Shown here: piece by piece, positions 26,175 to 41,389 of the stretch | Layout of the letters: each line of letters starts with the position of its first letter | How positions within the stretch are numbered: position 1 is the first letter of the stretch | Assembly (NCBI GenBank): GCA_951406725.2 | Contig: OX597839.1 | Location: forward strand, 23,498,001 to 23,562,000 | Source: Octopus vulgaris | Taxonomy: Eukaryota | DNA length: 64,000 nt | Direction: 5' to 3' | Notes under the pieces: model-generated | Told to the model about the DNA's origin: nothing | The model's database searches: none | Seen by the model: only the letters and a program-made list of their open reading frames with translations | Program-made: the position numbers and the translations under genes

Positions 26175-26854
26175 ATATAGGAATATGAATGAAAGTTATT
26201 TGTGGAACACAATGTAGGAAAATGGTCTTGGAAGGTTATTGCCTGAAGATTGAGATATTTCAAGACTCTTTGACGGCATTGGATGAGTTTTGTATGAGTT
26301 TTTTCAAAACTACAATAACAACATTCTATTTTCATGTATAGACAAGTACAATAATTCATAATTACATCATTAACAATCAAGATAATTAATTTTCACCTTT
26401 CAATATTTTATCCGATGCCATCAATGTTGTTTATATTGCTGTTGACACTGACTGCAGTTCTTCATAATCAAAGATCGTTAGGGAGAACAGCAAGCCTTTA
26501 AGTTGTTATGTAAATTAATCCTTGAATGACAGGGTTTGGCACCCTTGAAGCAAATATCTAGGCTTTTGTCAGATGGGGGTCCTGACAATGAGTTTTAGAA
26601 TTTTAATCTTCTTTCCAAAAACAAGACGGAGGCGAACTTTTATAATAAATAAACTGTTGTGTGCTGTTGTTTGTGAATTTCCTGTTGGCGGGAAATGAAA
26701 ATGTCTTTCTATGGCTGTGTGTAACAAAAAAAAACCGAAAAGCAAGAACACTCACAAACAGTTAACAGAAGTTTTATTTACTGCACATAATATTTTCTGT
26801 GTTGGTTTTTGGATGAAAGATAACAGTGACCACTGCTCACCAGGAGAGACTTAC

Positions 26855-26908
26855 TTCTTGGATCTATGACAATGCAACTGCCACATATCTGTGGTTGGTC
26901 CATCACGA
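26855..26908 (-). other. Candidate 54-nt internal exon (minus strand)
   Basis: Acceptor ttgtgattattttccag and donor AA|gtaagt; open in two frames; a second strong acceptor follows at 26715-26716. Confidence 0.35.
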
Positions 26909-26978
26909 CTGGAAAATAATCACAACAACAAAATCTGTGTTTTGTATACTGCCATGAGAAAGGAGCTGTCAGGTGGTT

Positions 26979-27065
26979 GCCTCAACATTCTGGGATCAGC
27001 TGCCTCGATGTTCTGGGACCAGCTGCCTCGATGTTCTGGGACCAGCTGCCTCGACATTCTGGGAT
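26979..27065. repeat. 23-bp minisatellite, ~3.7 copies
   Basis: Unit gcctcgatgttctgggaccagct. Confidence 0.85.
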
Positions 27066-28007
27066 TACTACCAAAAAACACCATTTTATAGGGCTCAATG
27101 AGTAAGTTCTAGAAAGTCAAATCACAAGATGGCTTGATGCAGTTTGAGCTGTTAATTAGCAGATCACGTGAAACAACAGTGGCTTAGCCATGGTGTCTGC
27201 TTGGCTCTCCAGCAATTCAGTTTCAAACAGGCTTCAAAATAAATACATAAATGAAACAAAGCAATTTACTTTCAGAAACTCCATTCTATCATCGTCATTT
27301 TCCAATTATAATAATAAGGAATTTATATTTTATCAAAAACTGACTTTGGACTTTTAGTGTCCTGTCTGCATAAACAATGGCCACCTCACAATGAAGGAAT
27401 GGCAGTCATTATATGACTACAATGACGAAAATATTCTTTAATATGATGGTGAAAATTGGAAACAATTCACTAATTTGTGGCATTATCAACATTATCTGCC
27501 GAGGCCATTAACGAGAATAATCCTCTTTCACTATGATACACATACACATATAAGTATATGCACGTAAAGATGTATACGAACAAGTACGGTATGTACTAGC
27601 ATTAAAAATAACTTCGACAGAAAGCATAAATATCTATTTAGAGAATAAAAGGAAGAAACATCCGACCAAACAGTTCAAAAGCGAATCTATGAGAAATAAT
27701 AGTTTTGTGATTCTCACCTGTGGCATTCTGGCCAAAGAAAGCATAAAAGCTACTCAACAGGTAGATATGAAGCAAGGTTTTGTCACGGTATTCAGCAGCG
27801 AGTGGTGTGTTGCATCTCCATTGAAAGAAGACAACAGAGAAAGAGAAGCCGCTTTAGACAGAAAATATTCATTCTGCTTTTTTTCGTTAAGGACAAAAAC
27901 CAAAGAAGGGTCTTTTGTCTCTTTTTTTGTTTTTTTTTTTTGCTTTTCAAATGGAACTGTTTACTTTTGTTATCCACAAATAAAGAGTCCCAAATGAAAG
28001 GGAACTG

Positions 28008-30170
<2,163 letters not shown>

Positions 30171-30654
30171 CATCCGCACACACCTAATTATATGAGCGCA
30201 ACCACACACAAGCTTAATGACACTGTTGAGAAAATTCCCTCCATCGACCGACCAATCCAGGACAGCAGAAAGATGGTAAATTACAACGTTATGGCACTGG
30301 CTTTGGACTTTACTCTATCACGCCAGGGGAAACCAGTTGATGCCGACAATGGAACAGTCTGACAATGCCGAGTCTGAATTCCATTGATATCGTTTCTGTA
30401 ACTTCACAAAGACTCTTCGACTATTGTTGATCTTTGGAGAGGATTGTTGCCATCTTCCGCCACATAAATTCCAGGACCATTATCTTCATTTGACTCAAAA
30501 CAGAGACAATGAGGACATTTATATAAACCCATTTTACTCTCAGGCCTGTCTATACCAATCGTGCTTATCTATATACAAGCATATATACATACATACATAT
30601 ATACACACACACACACATATACATATATGTATGTATGCATGTATATAAAATATG

Positions 30655-30867
30655 TTTACTTATTTACTTGTTTCAGTCATTTGACTATGGCTATGCTGGA
30701 GCACTGCTTTTAGTTGAACAAAGCAACCCTGGGACTTATTCTTTGTAAGCCTAGTACTTATTTTATTGGTCTGTTTTGCCAAACTGCTAAGTTACAGGGT
30801 CGTAAGTACACAAACATTGGTTGTCAAGCGATGGTGAGGGAACAAATAAAGACATACAAATACACGC

Positions 30868-30909
<42 letters not shown>

Positions 30910-31045
30910 CAGGCTTCTTTCAGTTTCCATCTACCAAATCCGCTCACAAGGTTTTGGTAGGCTCAAGGCTATAGTAGAAGACATTTGCCAAAGGCGCCAC
31001 ACAGTGGGAGAGAACCCAGAACCATGTGATTGGGAAGCAAGCTAC
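30655..31045 (-). mobile_element. SINE family A, diverged
   Basis: Homology to family A. Confidence 0.8.
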
Positions 31046-31069
31046 TGTGCCTCTGTCTGTGTGTGTGAT

Positions 31070-31850
31070 CATCTTCATTTAATGTCCACTTTCCATGCTA
31101 GCATGGGTTGGACGGTTCGACTGAGGACTGGTGAGCCACAAGCTGCACCAGGCTCAACCTGATCTGGCAGAGTTTCTACAGCTAGATGCCCTTCCTTACG
31201 CCAACCACTCCAAGAGTGTAGTGCTAGCTTTTACGTGCCACCTGCACAAGGGCCAGTCAAGCGGTTCTGGCAACAACCATGCTCAAATGGTGGTTTTTTA
31301 TGTGCCACCTGCATAGGAGCCAGTCCAGTGGCACTGGCAATGACCACACTCGAATGGACAGAATATATATGTTTATGTGTTACTAATAGTTTTATATGTT
31401 GAGAAATATCTCAAACATATTCATCAGCACAAACCACAAATCACACATATAACCATCATCTTTGATATCCATTTTCCATGCTGGCATGGGTTGGATGGCT
31501 CAGTGGGAGCTGGCAAGGCCACGGGGCCACACCTGGTTCCATAGTCCGTTTTAGTTCATTTTCTAAAGCTGGATGCTTTCCCTAACACCAACCACTTTAC
31601 AGAGTGTACCAGATGCTTTTTGCTGGGGCACCATCACCAGTGATTTTCGCATGACTGTAGCACTGGGGCTTTTCACTTGGCACCAGTGCCAATGCTTTCC
31701 CATCTGGCCCCTTGGTTTCAGGATCTCAATTCCGTTGTGGTGGGTGTGTCTTCTTGAGTATAGCAATACACCACGTACCTCAGTCCCTGTCATCCCCTTT
31801 GTAGGGCTCAATGTTTTGAGATCGGCCCTCTATACTTTGCCCACGTCTTC
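31070..31850 (-). mobile_element. Two RTE 3' fragments (family C; the second retains an ORF C-terminal remnant)
   Basis: Tails at ~31075 and ~31460; 31750-31850 aligns with the RTE C-terminal region at 37510-37620. Confidence 0.7.
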
Positions 31851-32399
31851 CTAAGCTTCAAGATTTTAGCACAAGGCTAGCGATTTTAGGCTAGAGGTCA
31901 ACTCATTTACATTGACCCCTGAGCTTAACAGGTACTTATTTTATCAACCTTTAAATGATGAGAAGCAAAATCAAATTTGAACTCAGAAAGAACATAAAGG
32001 GTCAGAAGAAATGCTGCTAAGCATTTTGTCCTGTGTTCTAAGAATTCTGTCAGTTCATGGAGCTGTGTGGTAAGACATGTGGCTGCTCAACAACATGGTT
32101 TCAGGTTCAGTCCCACTGCATGGCACCTTGGGCAAGTTTCTTCTACTATAACCTCAGGCCAACCAAAGCCTTCTGAGTGGATTTGGTAGATGGAAACTGA
32201 ATGAAGCTCATCATGTGTGTGTGTGTGCGCATGCATATGTACATGCAATAATGTGTGTGAGTGTGTGTGTGCGTGCGTGCATGTGTGAGTGTGTGCGTGT
32301 GCATGTGTGTGTGTGTAGACTTTGCCATCACTTGCAGGTGAGTATGAAATAATAACCTACACCAGAATCAGAATCAAAATCGAAATCGATCAACATCAA

Positions 32400-32763
32400 T
32401 GGAAATTGTAGTTGTGATACCAGTGCCAGTGGCACGTAAGCGAACCATCCGAACGTGGCCGTTGGTGGCACGTAAAAAAGCACCATCCGATCGTGGTCGT
32501 TGCCAGCCTTGCCTGGCCCCCGTGCCAGTGGCACGTAAAAAGCACAATCCGACGGTGGCTGTTTGCCAGCCCTATCTGGTACGTAAAAAGCACCCACTAC
32601 ACTCACGGAGTGGTTGGCGTTAGGAAGGGCATCCAGCCGTAGAAACATTGCCAGATCAGATTGGTGCCTGGTGCAGCCCCCTGGCTTCCAAGACCCCTGC
32701 TGAACTATCCAACCCATGCTAGCATGGAAAGCAGACACTAAATGATGATGATGATGATGATGA
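32400..32763 (+). mobile_element. RTE 3' UTR repeat (family C)
   Basis: Family C sub-repeats and (GAT)n tail; further copies at 33830-34153, 39068-39345, 48263-48470, 51110-51250, 52597-52745 and 53462-53606. Confidence 0.8.
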
Positions 32764-33186
32764 CCACACCTTCACTACTTCTTTAAGGTGTCCATATAGT
32801 TATAAGCAATAGACATAGACAGCCTCCTTGGCCTGCTCCCTCTGTCTTGACCTAGCATCACGACCAAGATGTGACTGCTGGATGGGGTAAGAGGGATGCA
32901 CCAACACTCAGCTGGCCCTTGTTTCCAGCTCAGCTGATCGGAGCAACATGAAATGATGTGGCTTGCTCAACATGTTGCTCAGTCTAGGACTTGAACCAAC
33001 AACCTTTCGATCATGAGCTTAATGAATATGTATGCATCATCATGATAATTTCATTTTACAGACCACTTCTCCATATCTGCATAGCTTGGATGGATTTTGT
33101 TTGATGCAGATTTTTTACGGCTGGATACTCTTCCTGTTGCCAACCCTCACCTATTTCCAAGCAAGGTAATATTCCTTCATGGCCAA

Positions 33187-33403
33187 TGCGGTGAGCTGGC
33201 AGAATTGTTAGCATACCGGGTGAAATGCTTAGTGGTATTTCATCTGTCGTTACATTCTGAGTTCAAATTCTACTGAGGTCGACTTTGTCTTTTCATCCTT
33301 TCAGGGTTGATAAAATAAGTACCAGTTGCATACTGGGGTTGATCTAATCGACTGGCCCCTTCCCCCAAAATTTCAGGCCTTGAGCCTAGAATAGAAAAGA
33401 ATA
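33187..33403 (+). mobile_element. SINE family B, variant tail
   Basis: Family B head and core; tail aaatttcaggccttgagcctagaatagaaaagaatat also seen at 1-60 and ~39020-39050. Confidence 0.8.
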
Positions 33404-34855
33404 TTTCTTCATGGCCAGACATGTTTTTACAAGATATTTGAAATGAAAAACACTGCTTGTATGACAGGGACACTCATTTACAACTATCACACAATGTCAA
33501 GACCAGAAGACACAAACTCATACACACACACACATTAAACATACACATGTTGGTGTGTGTATACATACACACACTTTTGTGTATAAGTGTGTTATGAGAG
33601 ATGAGTGAGTATGTGTTCCTAGTGCTGTAGGTAACCTGTCACATAAGTCGGATTCTCAGCAACAAAACCAGCAACCCCACAAAACTTTATTATGGTGGTT
33701 CTGGTTGGACATCTTGAAGGGATGAAAAACAAAACCTATCAACAGTCATCCAACAGATGGGAGCGAGAGGCGCCCTAGTCTTTGTTAAGACATCTTATAA
33801 GAGAAGCAAATTCTGAAATAATACTTATGGTGGCCTATAAAAAGCACCATCCGATTGTGGCCGCTGCCAGCGCCGCCTTGGCTGGCTTCCGTGCCGGTGG
33901 AACGTTAATAGCACCAACCGATCGTGGCTGATGCCAGACTCCCCTGGCACCTGTGCAGGTGGCACGTAAAAAGCACCCACTACACTCACGGAGTGATTGG
34001 CGTTAGGAAGGGCATCCAGCTGTAGAAACATTGCCAGATCAGACTGGAGCCTGGTGCAGTCCCTGGCTTCCCAGACCCCGGTCGAACCGTCCAACCCATG
34101 CTAGCATGGAAAACGGACGCTAAATGATGATGATGATGATGTGATGATGATGATTATGGAGCCGGGGGTCTTGCCCTTATTTTATTTCTGGTCTATTTGG
34201 CAAGTCGTGACAGTGTTGTATGCAAACGATTATTGACTTTAAATTCTAGCACAGGCATTGCTGATAGCCATTGTATTTAACAGCAAAGATAATTTGCCAG
34301 TGATGGTTAGACTCAGCTGTAAGTTGACAGCTACCGTGTACTTGTGTGTGTGTGTGTGTGCATGCATGTGTGTGCATGCACTTATGTGTGTGTGTGTGTG
34401 TGCACATGCATGTGAGTTTGTGTGTATATGCATATATGTATGTGTGCATAAGCAGAGAGAATTGTAAGAGTCAATGGCCACCTAATAGAGTGTATAAAGA
34501 GGAGTTAACTTCAATGATGAAAATGTCCAAAGCCAAGGTCATGGGGTGGGTGGGGCAGCAGTGTGGCAGTTGTGGAATTGGATGTATTGATCTTCATTTG
34601 ATGTCTAATCTTCGTTCAGCATAACTACACAACACAGTACGGGCAGAAGAGGCTCACCAGCCAACGGTCAGTCTGGAGTCAACCAATCCAATAAATGGAT
34701 TACTACTGGCAGTTGATAGAACTGACAATTCTTCAATTCACTTTAGCCACTCGAAGAGCACAATGGAGGTCTGGAACCTCATTGTGTCACTAATTAAAGC
34801 TGGATGGTTTGATGAAGAAGAATGTGTGCAAGTATTATATATAATACTTGCACAC

Positions 34856-34927
34856 GGCTCGTTGGTCTAGGGGCATGATTCTCGCTTCGGGTGCGAGAGG
34901 TTCCGGGTTCAATTCCCGGATGAGCCC
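34856..34927 (+). tRNA. tRNA-Pro, anticodon CGG
   Basis: GGCTCGT TG GTCT AGGGGCA TGAT T CTCGC TTCGGGT GCGAG AGGTT CCGGG TTCAATT CCCGG ATGAGCC C: full cloverleaf, close to eukaryotic tRNA-Pro; G-U pair in acceptor stem and U48. Confidence 0.9.
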
Positions 34928-34933
34928 AAGGAG

Positions 34934-34940
34934 TTTTTTT
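34934..34940 (+). terminator. RNA polymerase III terminator (T7)
   Basis: T run starting 7 nt after the tRNA. Confidence 0.75.
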
Positions 34941-34941
34941 A

Positions 34942-35160
34942 CCAGCTCTGTCTGGCACCTGTGCGGGTGGCACGTAAAAAGCACCCACTACACTCACGGA
35001 GTGGTTGGCGTTAGGAAGGGCATCTAGCCATAGAAACATTGCCAGATCTGACTGGGCCTGATGAAGCCTTCTGGCTTCACAGACCTCAGTTGAACCATCC
35101 AACCCATGCTAGCATGGAAAACGGACGCTAAACGATGATGATGATGATGATGATGATGAT
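34942..35160 (+). mobile_element. RTE 3' UTR repeat (family C) directly after the tRNA terminator
   Basis: Family C sequence and (GAT)n tail. Confidence 0.85.
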
Positions 35161-36389
35161 ATTGTGGTGGTGTGGTGATTTCCACAGTTATAATGTCTGG
35201 CCACTGTTGTGACTGCAGCTGTTGGATCTACTCTAGTAGCCACAATATTTGCTTGGTATCGGATACAGTGTATTTCTTCTATACCAGAATGGTAATATGC
35301 CATTTTGTCTATTGTGCTATTGCTAACAGCTCTGCAAGACACCAAATTTGAACCGTCCACCTTGACTGACTCAAACTCGACTATAACATGTAACTGACCC
35401 TTAACTCCAACTGAGAACTTGTACAACGACTACAATGACTGATACATGACTCTCTGTACTGGTTGATGTCGTCTCACTTTATAGTGACTGGGTCATACTA
35501 CTTGTCCCATGGGAGGGGTGTACCATTTCCACTACAACATATATGCATATAACACATATGATGGACTATCCCACAATTTTCATCTGCTGAATTGTTCTCA
35601 CCATTTATAAGTCAAATCAATATTATTGTAGAAGACACTTGCCCATGGTGCCACACTGAGGGATTGAATCCAAGACCTAGGGATTACTAAACCAGCTTTT
35701 TAACCACACAGATATAGCAACACACATTTTTGCATTGTAGTTTCATGACCTCAGAACAACAGAGAAACTGCAGAAAATGGTTCAAGTTTTGCTTATTTAC
35801 AATAAGACCAGCAGCCAGTATTTCCTCCGGATAAATACACCCTGCAGCATTTTCGCTTTATTTTCAGATTAAAATTTTCAAGAAAACTATTTCAAGTTCT
35901 TGTTTCAATTACAAGTTTTTGGAAAAACAGTTTGAGAAGAATATGGGTGACATGGTGTTATTTTGGTCCCCATTAACTTAACGTTTTAATACCGAGCAGA
36001 AAATACGTAAATACTGGTCGTCAGACATTATCCTGTCGACGAACTTCTGGAGAAGTGGAGAGAGAATAATGGTGACTGTTAGTTCCATTTAGTTCCTCAG
36101 GATTACCAAAACAATAAACGATGGCATTTTTAGACTTTCTTGAGAATTTAATCAAAATAATAACAGAGAGAATCTTTTCCGCTGCCAAAGAAAATATGGT
36201 TTAGTCACTGAAATAGTTTATTTAATGCCGTAAGGCTCTTGATGTGAAATGAATTAAAGGATTTCCATAAATACAATGGCTGAAAGACACAGCTATTTAC
36301 AGAGACACAGTTATATATATATCATATATGTGTGCATATAAATACATACATACACACATACACTCGTAAACATGTATATGTTTGCATGA

Positions 36390-36440
<51 letters not shown>

Positions 36441-36632
36441 TATATACATCATATAATTAAGGGCTAAAGAGGGTTATTCTAAAATTCTAAAATTTTATAT
36501 ATTCTAAAATTTTATATATACATACATATATAAATATATATATGTATGTATGTATATATAAAATTTTCAGAATGAGATAAAAAGATAAAAATCCAAGACT
36601 GTGAAAGATTTTAGAACATTTATAAACAGAAG

Positions 36633-36680
36633 GTCTTACAGCTGTTTCCAGGATATTTTATATATCCCTTCATCAGAGAC
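36633..36680 (-). ncRNA. Minimal type I hammerhead ribozyme in an inverted pLTR-like repeat (36553-36824)
   Basis: Minus strand: GTCT-CTGATGA-A GGGATAT ataaa ATATCCT G-GAAA-CAGCTG-TA-AGAC; palindromic stem III ACAGCTGT. Confidence 0.75.
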
Positions 36681-36984
36681 AGTCTGAGAAAATGGTGTGA
36701 GAAAATGAAGGGATATATAAAATATACCGGAAACAGTTGTAAGACCTTCTATTTATAAATGTTCTAAAATCTTTGACAGCCTTGGATTTTTATCTTTTTA
36801 TCTCATCTGAAAACTTTATATATACACACACACACACATATATATATATGTATATATATATATATACATATATCCACTGACAAGATTTTGGTCAGCCCAA
36901 AGCTGACATTTGCTCAAGGTGCTATGCAGTGGGACTGAAACTGGAACCCTGTAGTTGGGATGTATGTTAACAATTCATCCAGCT

Positions 36985-36993
36985 CATCATCAC

Positions 36994-37032
<39 letters not shown>

Positions 37033-37750
37033 TTAATGTCTACTTTCCATGCTAGCATGGGTTGGACAGTTTGACTGGAAACTGGTAAGCTGATGTGGGA
37101 GGGGGGCACCAGGTTCTGCTCTGATTTGGCAAGGTTTCTATGGCTGGATGCTCTTCCTAATGTCAACCACTCCAAGTGGGTGTTTTTTACATGCCACAGC
37201 ATGGGTACCATTGACCTGACACCACCATCGGCCACAACAATGGTTTCACTTAGCTTGACAGGTTTACAGAAGAATGGTATATCGCCAAAGGTCTTGGTCA
37301 CTTGTCACTGCCTCCATAAGGCCCAATGCTTAAATGGTGCTTTTTAAGAGCCACCAGCACAGGTGCCGGTCAGCCACGACTATGATTTCACTCGGTTCAA
37401 CAGGTCTTCACAAGCACAGCATCTCACCTGATTGAAGGATGCTTTTAAATGGACCAGTTGTGTAACACTGGCATCGGCCATGACTACAATCTCACTTGGC
37501 TTCATGGGTCTTCTCAAGCACAGCATATCTCTCCAAAGGTCTTGGTCGCTTGTCATTGCATCTGTGAGGCCCAACATTCAAAGATCATGCTTCACCACCT
37601 CATCCCATGTCTTCCTGGGTCTACCTCTTCCACAGGTTCCTTCCACAGCTGTCCTCATCCATATGCATCACATGACCATACCAACACAGCTGTCTCTCTT
37701 GCACACCACATCTAATGCTTCTTATGTCCAACTTTTCTCTGAGGATGCTT
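36985..37750 (-). mobile_element. RTE LINE 3' portion (ORF C-terminus plus family C 3' UTR)
   Basis: Minus-strand GTCGRGRPRKTWDEVVKHDL*.LGLT.AMTSD.DLW contiguous with the family C UTR and (GAT)n tail. Confidence 0.85.
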
Positions 37751-38154
37751 ACACTCTCTCCACATTAAATACAACTATAAGTATTGTAAAATGATGTGTA
37801 AATAATGGTCTCATCAAAGAAATTCTTCACTGGTTCTCGTTTTTTCTGAGGAACAGCATCCAACCAAATTCAGCATCACTGGCTACTCACCACCCCAGTT
37901 AGCCGGTTGTGCAACAATATTATTGCTACTGAAGAGATCTTGGAGGAAGAACTTCAGACAGACTGTACGTACTTTGTACATGAAATTCTGGCACACAACA
38001 ACCCAAAAGTGTCTTGCCTGGTGACAAGCATTGATTCTAGGTATCAGTTTTGCCTCTGCTAGTTTGGCATGTTTACATTTCCATTGAGAACTTGCTGGTA
38101 AAGATCAATAAATACCTCGGATCGAAAATCAATTCTTTTTATACCAATATTCGC

Positions 38155-38562
38155 AAGAGTGGCTGTGTGGTAAGTAGCTTGTTTGCCAACCACATGGTTC
38201 TGGGTTCAGTCCCACTGCGTGGTACCTTGGGCAAGTGTCTTCTACTATAGCCTCAGGCCGACCAAAGCCTTGTGAGTGGATTTGGTAGACAGAAACTGAA
38301 AGAAGCCCGTCGTATATATATATATATATATGCATGTGTGTGTTTGTGTGTCTGTGTTTGTCCCCCTAGCATTGCTTGATAACCGATGCTGGTGTGTTTA
38401 TGTCCCCGTTACTTAGCAGTTCAGCAAAAGAGACCGATAGAATAAGTACTGGGTTTACAAAAGAATAAATCCTGGGGTCAAGTTGCTCGATTAAAGGCGG
38501 TGCTCCAGCATGGCCGCAGTCGAATGACTGAAACAAGTAAAAGAGTAAAAGAGTAAAGAGTA
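38155..38562 (+). mobile_element. SINE family A
   Basis: Homology to family A. Confidence 0.9.
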
Positions 38563-39343
38563 ATCAAATCCATTCCTTTTGTGTCTGAAGTCTTTGAATC
38601 TCAGTCTCAAGGGTTTTGCCATTCTTTTTTCTCAGTCTTGCATTCAATACAACAATAATCCTACATCCAGATGTTTTCCTCTCATCCTCCACTCAGATCA
38701 ATCTCTTTTCAATTGCTCCTCCAAATTTTCTCTCCAAATATGACTGTATTTTCTTGAGACGGAACCTCTGTCACATTTATTGATTCCCTGTCTCATATCT
38801 CAGTAAATTACTGATTGGTTTCAATTAAATTTCTCGTTAATTGAGTTGGCAGAATCATTAGAACCCTGGGAAAAATGTCTCCCAGCATTTCGTCTGTCCA
38901 AATGTTCTGAGCTCAAATTCTGCCATGGTTGACTTTGCCTTTCATCCTTTTGAGATCGATAAATTAAGTACCAGTTGTATACTGGGGTCAATGTGATTGA
39001 TTCTCCCCTCCCCACAAAAATCCAGGCTTTGTGCAATAGTAGAAAGGATTATTATATTATTATTATTCGTGTCCGTTGCCAGCCTCGCCTGGCCCCCGTG
39101 CCAGTGGCACATAAAAGCACCATCCGTTCGTGGCCGTTTGCCAGCTCCGTCTGGTACCTGTGCGGGTGGCACGTAAAAAGCACCCACTACACTCACGGAG
39201 TGGTTGGCGTTAGGAAGGGCATCCAGCTGTAGAAACACTGCCAGATCAGACTGGAGCCTGGTGCAGCCTTCTGGATTCCCAGACCCCAGTTGAGCTGTCC
39301 AACCCATGCTAGCATGGAAAGCGGATGCTAAATGATGATGATG

Positions 39344-39386
<43 letters not shown>

Positions 39387-39399
39387 GAGCAGTGAGCTG

Positions 39400-39800
39400 G
39401 TGAGACAAAGTACTCTGAACCTATTCAATGTGTTTGAAATGTGGGTTTATAGGAGAATGTCATGAGTGTCTTACAAGAATCAGTTGAACAACTGAAAAGG
39501 GTCCTATGACAAGTTGGGGATAAACAACAACTGCTGAACATTGTGGGAAAACAAAAGCTCATCTTCTATGGGCATATTCAAAGAAACAGAGGTCTGGAAA
39601 ACATTATTATGGAAGCAACAGTAGCGGAGAGTCAATCAAGAAGCAAAGAACACAACAGATGGAACAATATCAAGCGCTAGATGGACAAGAATGGCAAGAA
39701 TGGATGGACAAGAATGGTGCTTAATTGCGAAGACTTAGAGTGTCATCAATGCACTGCAGGCATGATACATGATGATGATGATGATGATGATGACGACGTT
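39400..39800 (+). mobile_element. Old RTE LINE 3' remnant
   Basis: LLNIV.KQKL.FYGHIQR..GLE..IME......SR...RW then (GAT)n. Confidence 0.65.
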
Positions 39801-40162
39801 GAGGATGAGGATGATGATGATGAAGATGAGGATGATGTTTAATTTCTCAGTTACAGGGCTAATTCCTGTTTAACAATAGTTAATCTCTTATTGAATGTCT
39901 CCAAATATTGTTTCCACTCAATTTTTATTTTCTGGTATGGTTGTGTTGTTCTTTATTGCTAAACATTTACATAATTGCTCTAAATTAATTATTTTTCTAA
40001 TTACAACCTTTCCCTAATTTATATTGTACTGCTTCAAGGTACACAATATTTTTGGTTTTCTTCAGGAATAAAAGAATATCAGAAATAGTCAAAGAGTCTA
40101 TAATCTAATCCTCATTTGAAAATCTGCACTATGTCTAACTATCTGTCTGTATGTATGTATAC

Positions 40163-40244
<82 letters not shown>

Positions 40245-40321
40245 GCATGTACGCATGTATGTCTATGTGTGTGTGTGTGCATGTGTATGTATGCATGTAT
40301 GTATGTATGTATGTATGTATG

Positions 40322-40407
<86 letters not shown>

Positions 40408-40431
40408 TAGATAGATAGGTAGATAGATAGC

Positions 40432-40494
<63 letters not shown>

Positions 40495-40724
40495 CTAGAT
40501 AGATAGATATAGATAGATAGATAGATAGATTGATAGGTGCAGAAGAGGCTGTGTGGTAAGAAGGTTGCTTCCCAAGCCCATGATTCTGGCTTCAATCCCA
40601 TTGTGTGGTACCTTGGGCAAGTGTCTTCTAATATAGCTTCGGGCTGATCAAACCTTTTGAGTGCGTTTGGCAGATGGAAACTGAAAGCAGCCCATCGTAT
40701 ATACATATATATATTTATGTACGT

Positions 40725-41358
40725 ACGAGGGTAATCCCAAAAGTAAGGCCTCCAAAGTGGTGGGGACGCAGGAAAACTGTGCGTGTGGCTATTGGCAACA
40801 CTGCTGTGTTTGTTGTGCATGCACCTGCACCTGCTGCCCCTGTGGGTGCCTTGCTGCCACGCTCAGTCTGATGAACTGAGTGAGGTTTCGTTACAGAAAG
40901 GGGGGGGCAAATGACTGCAGAAAATCTGCCTCAACTAAGAATAGAAAAAGTGGACATTAAATAGTGATGATGATGATGATGATGACTTTAAATAGTGATG
41001 ATGTAGAAGAAGAAGAAGAAGAAGAAGAAAAGAAGAAGAAGAAGAAGAAGGAGAAGGAGGAGGAGGAGGAGATAAAGGTGATGATGAGGAGGAGAAAGAG
41101 GAGAGGAGGTGAAGGAGGAGAATGATAATGATGAAGAAGAAGGCAATGATGATGAGGAGGGGGAGGAAGAAGAAGAGGAGAATGATGATGATGATGACTT
41201 TAAATAGTGATGAAGTAGAAGAAGAAGAAGAAGGAGGAGGAGGAGATAATGGTGATGATGAGGAGGAGAAAGAGTAGAGGAGGTGAAGGAGGAGAATGAT
41301 AATGATGAAGAAGACGAAGGCGATGATGAGGAGGAGGGGGAGGAAGAAGAAGAGGAGA

Positions 41359-41389
<31 letters not shown>

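Noticed and set aside
40868-40900. CTGATGAA (also at 44200 and 35058) as hammerhead cores
   Set aside because: No stem II/GAAA/UH arrangement; 35058 is a mutated family C sequence.
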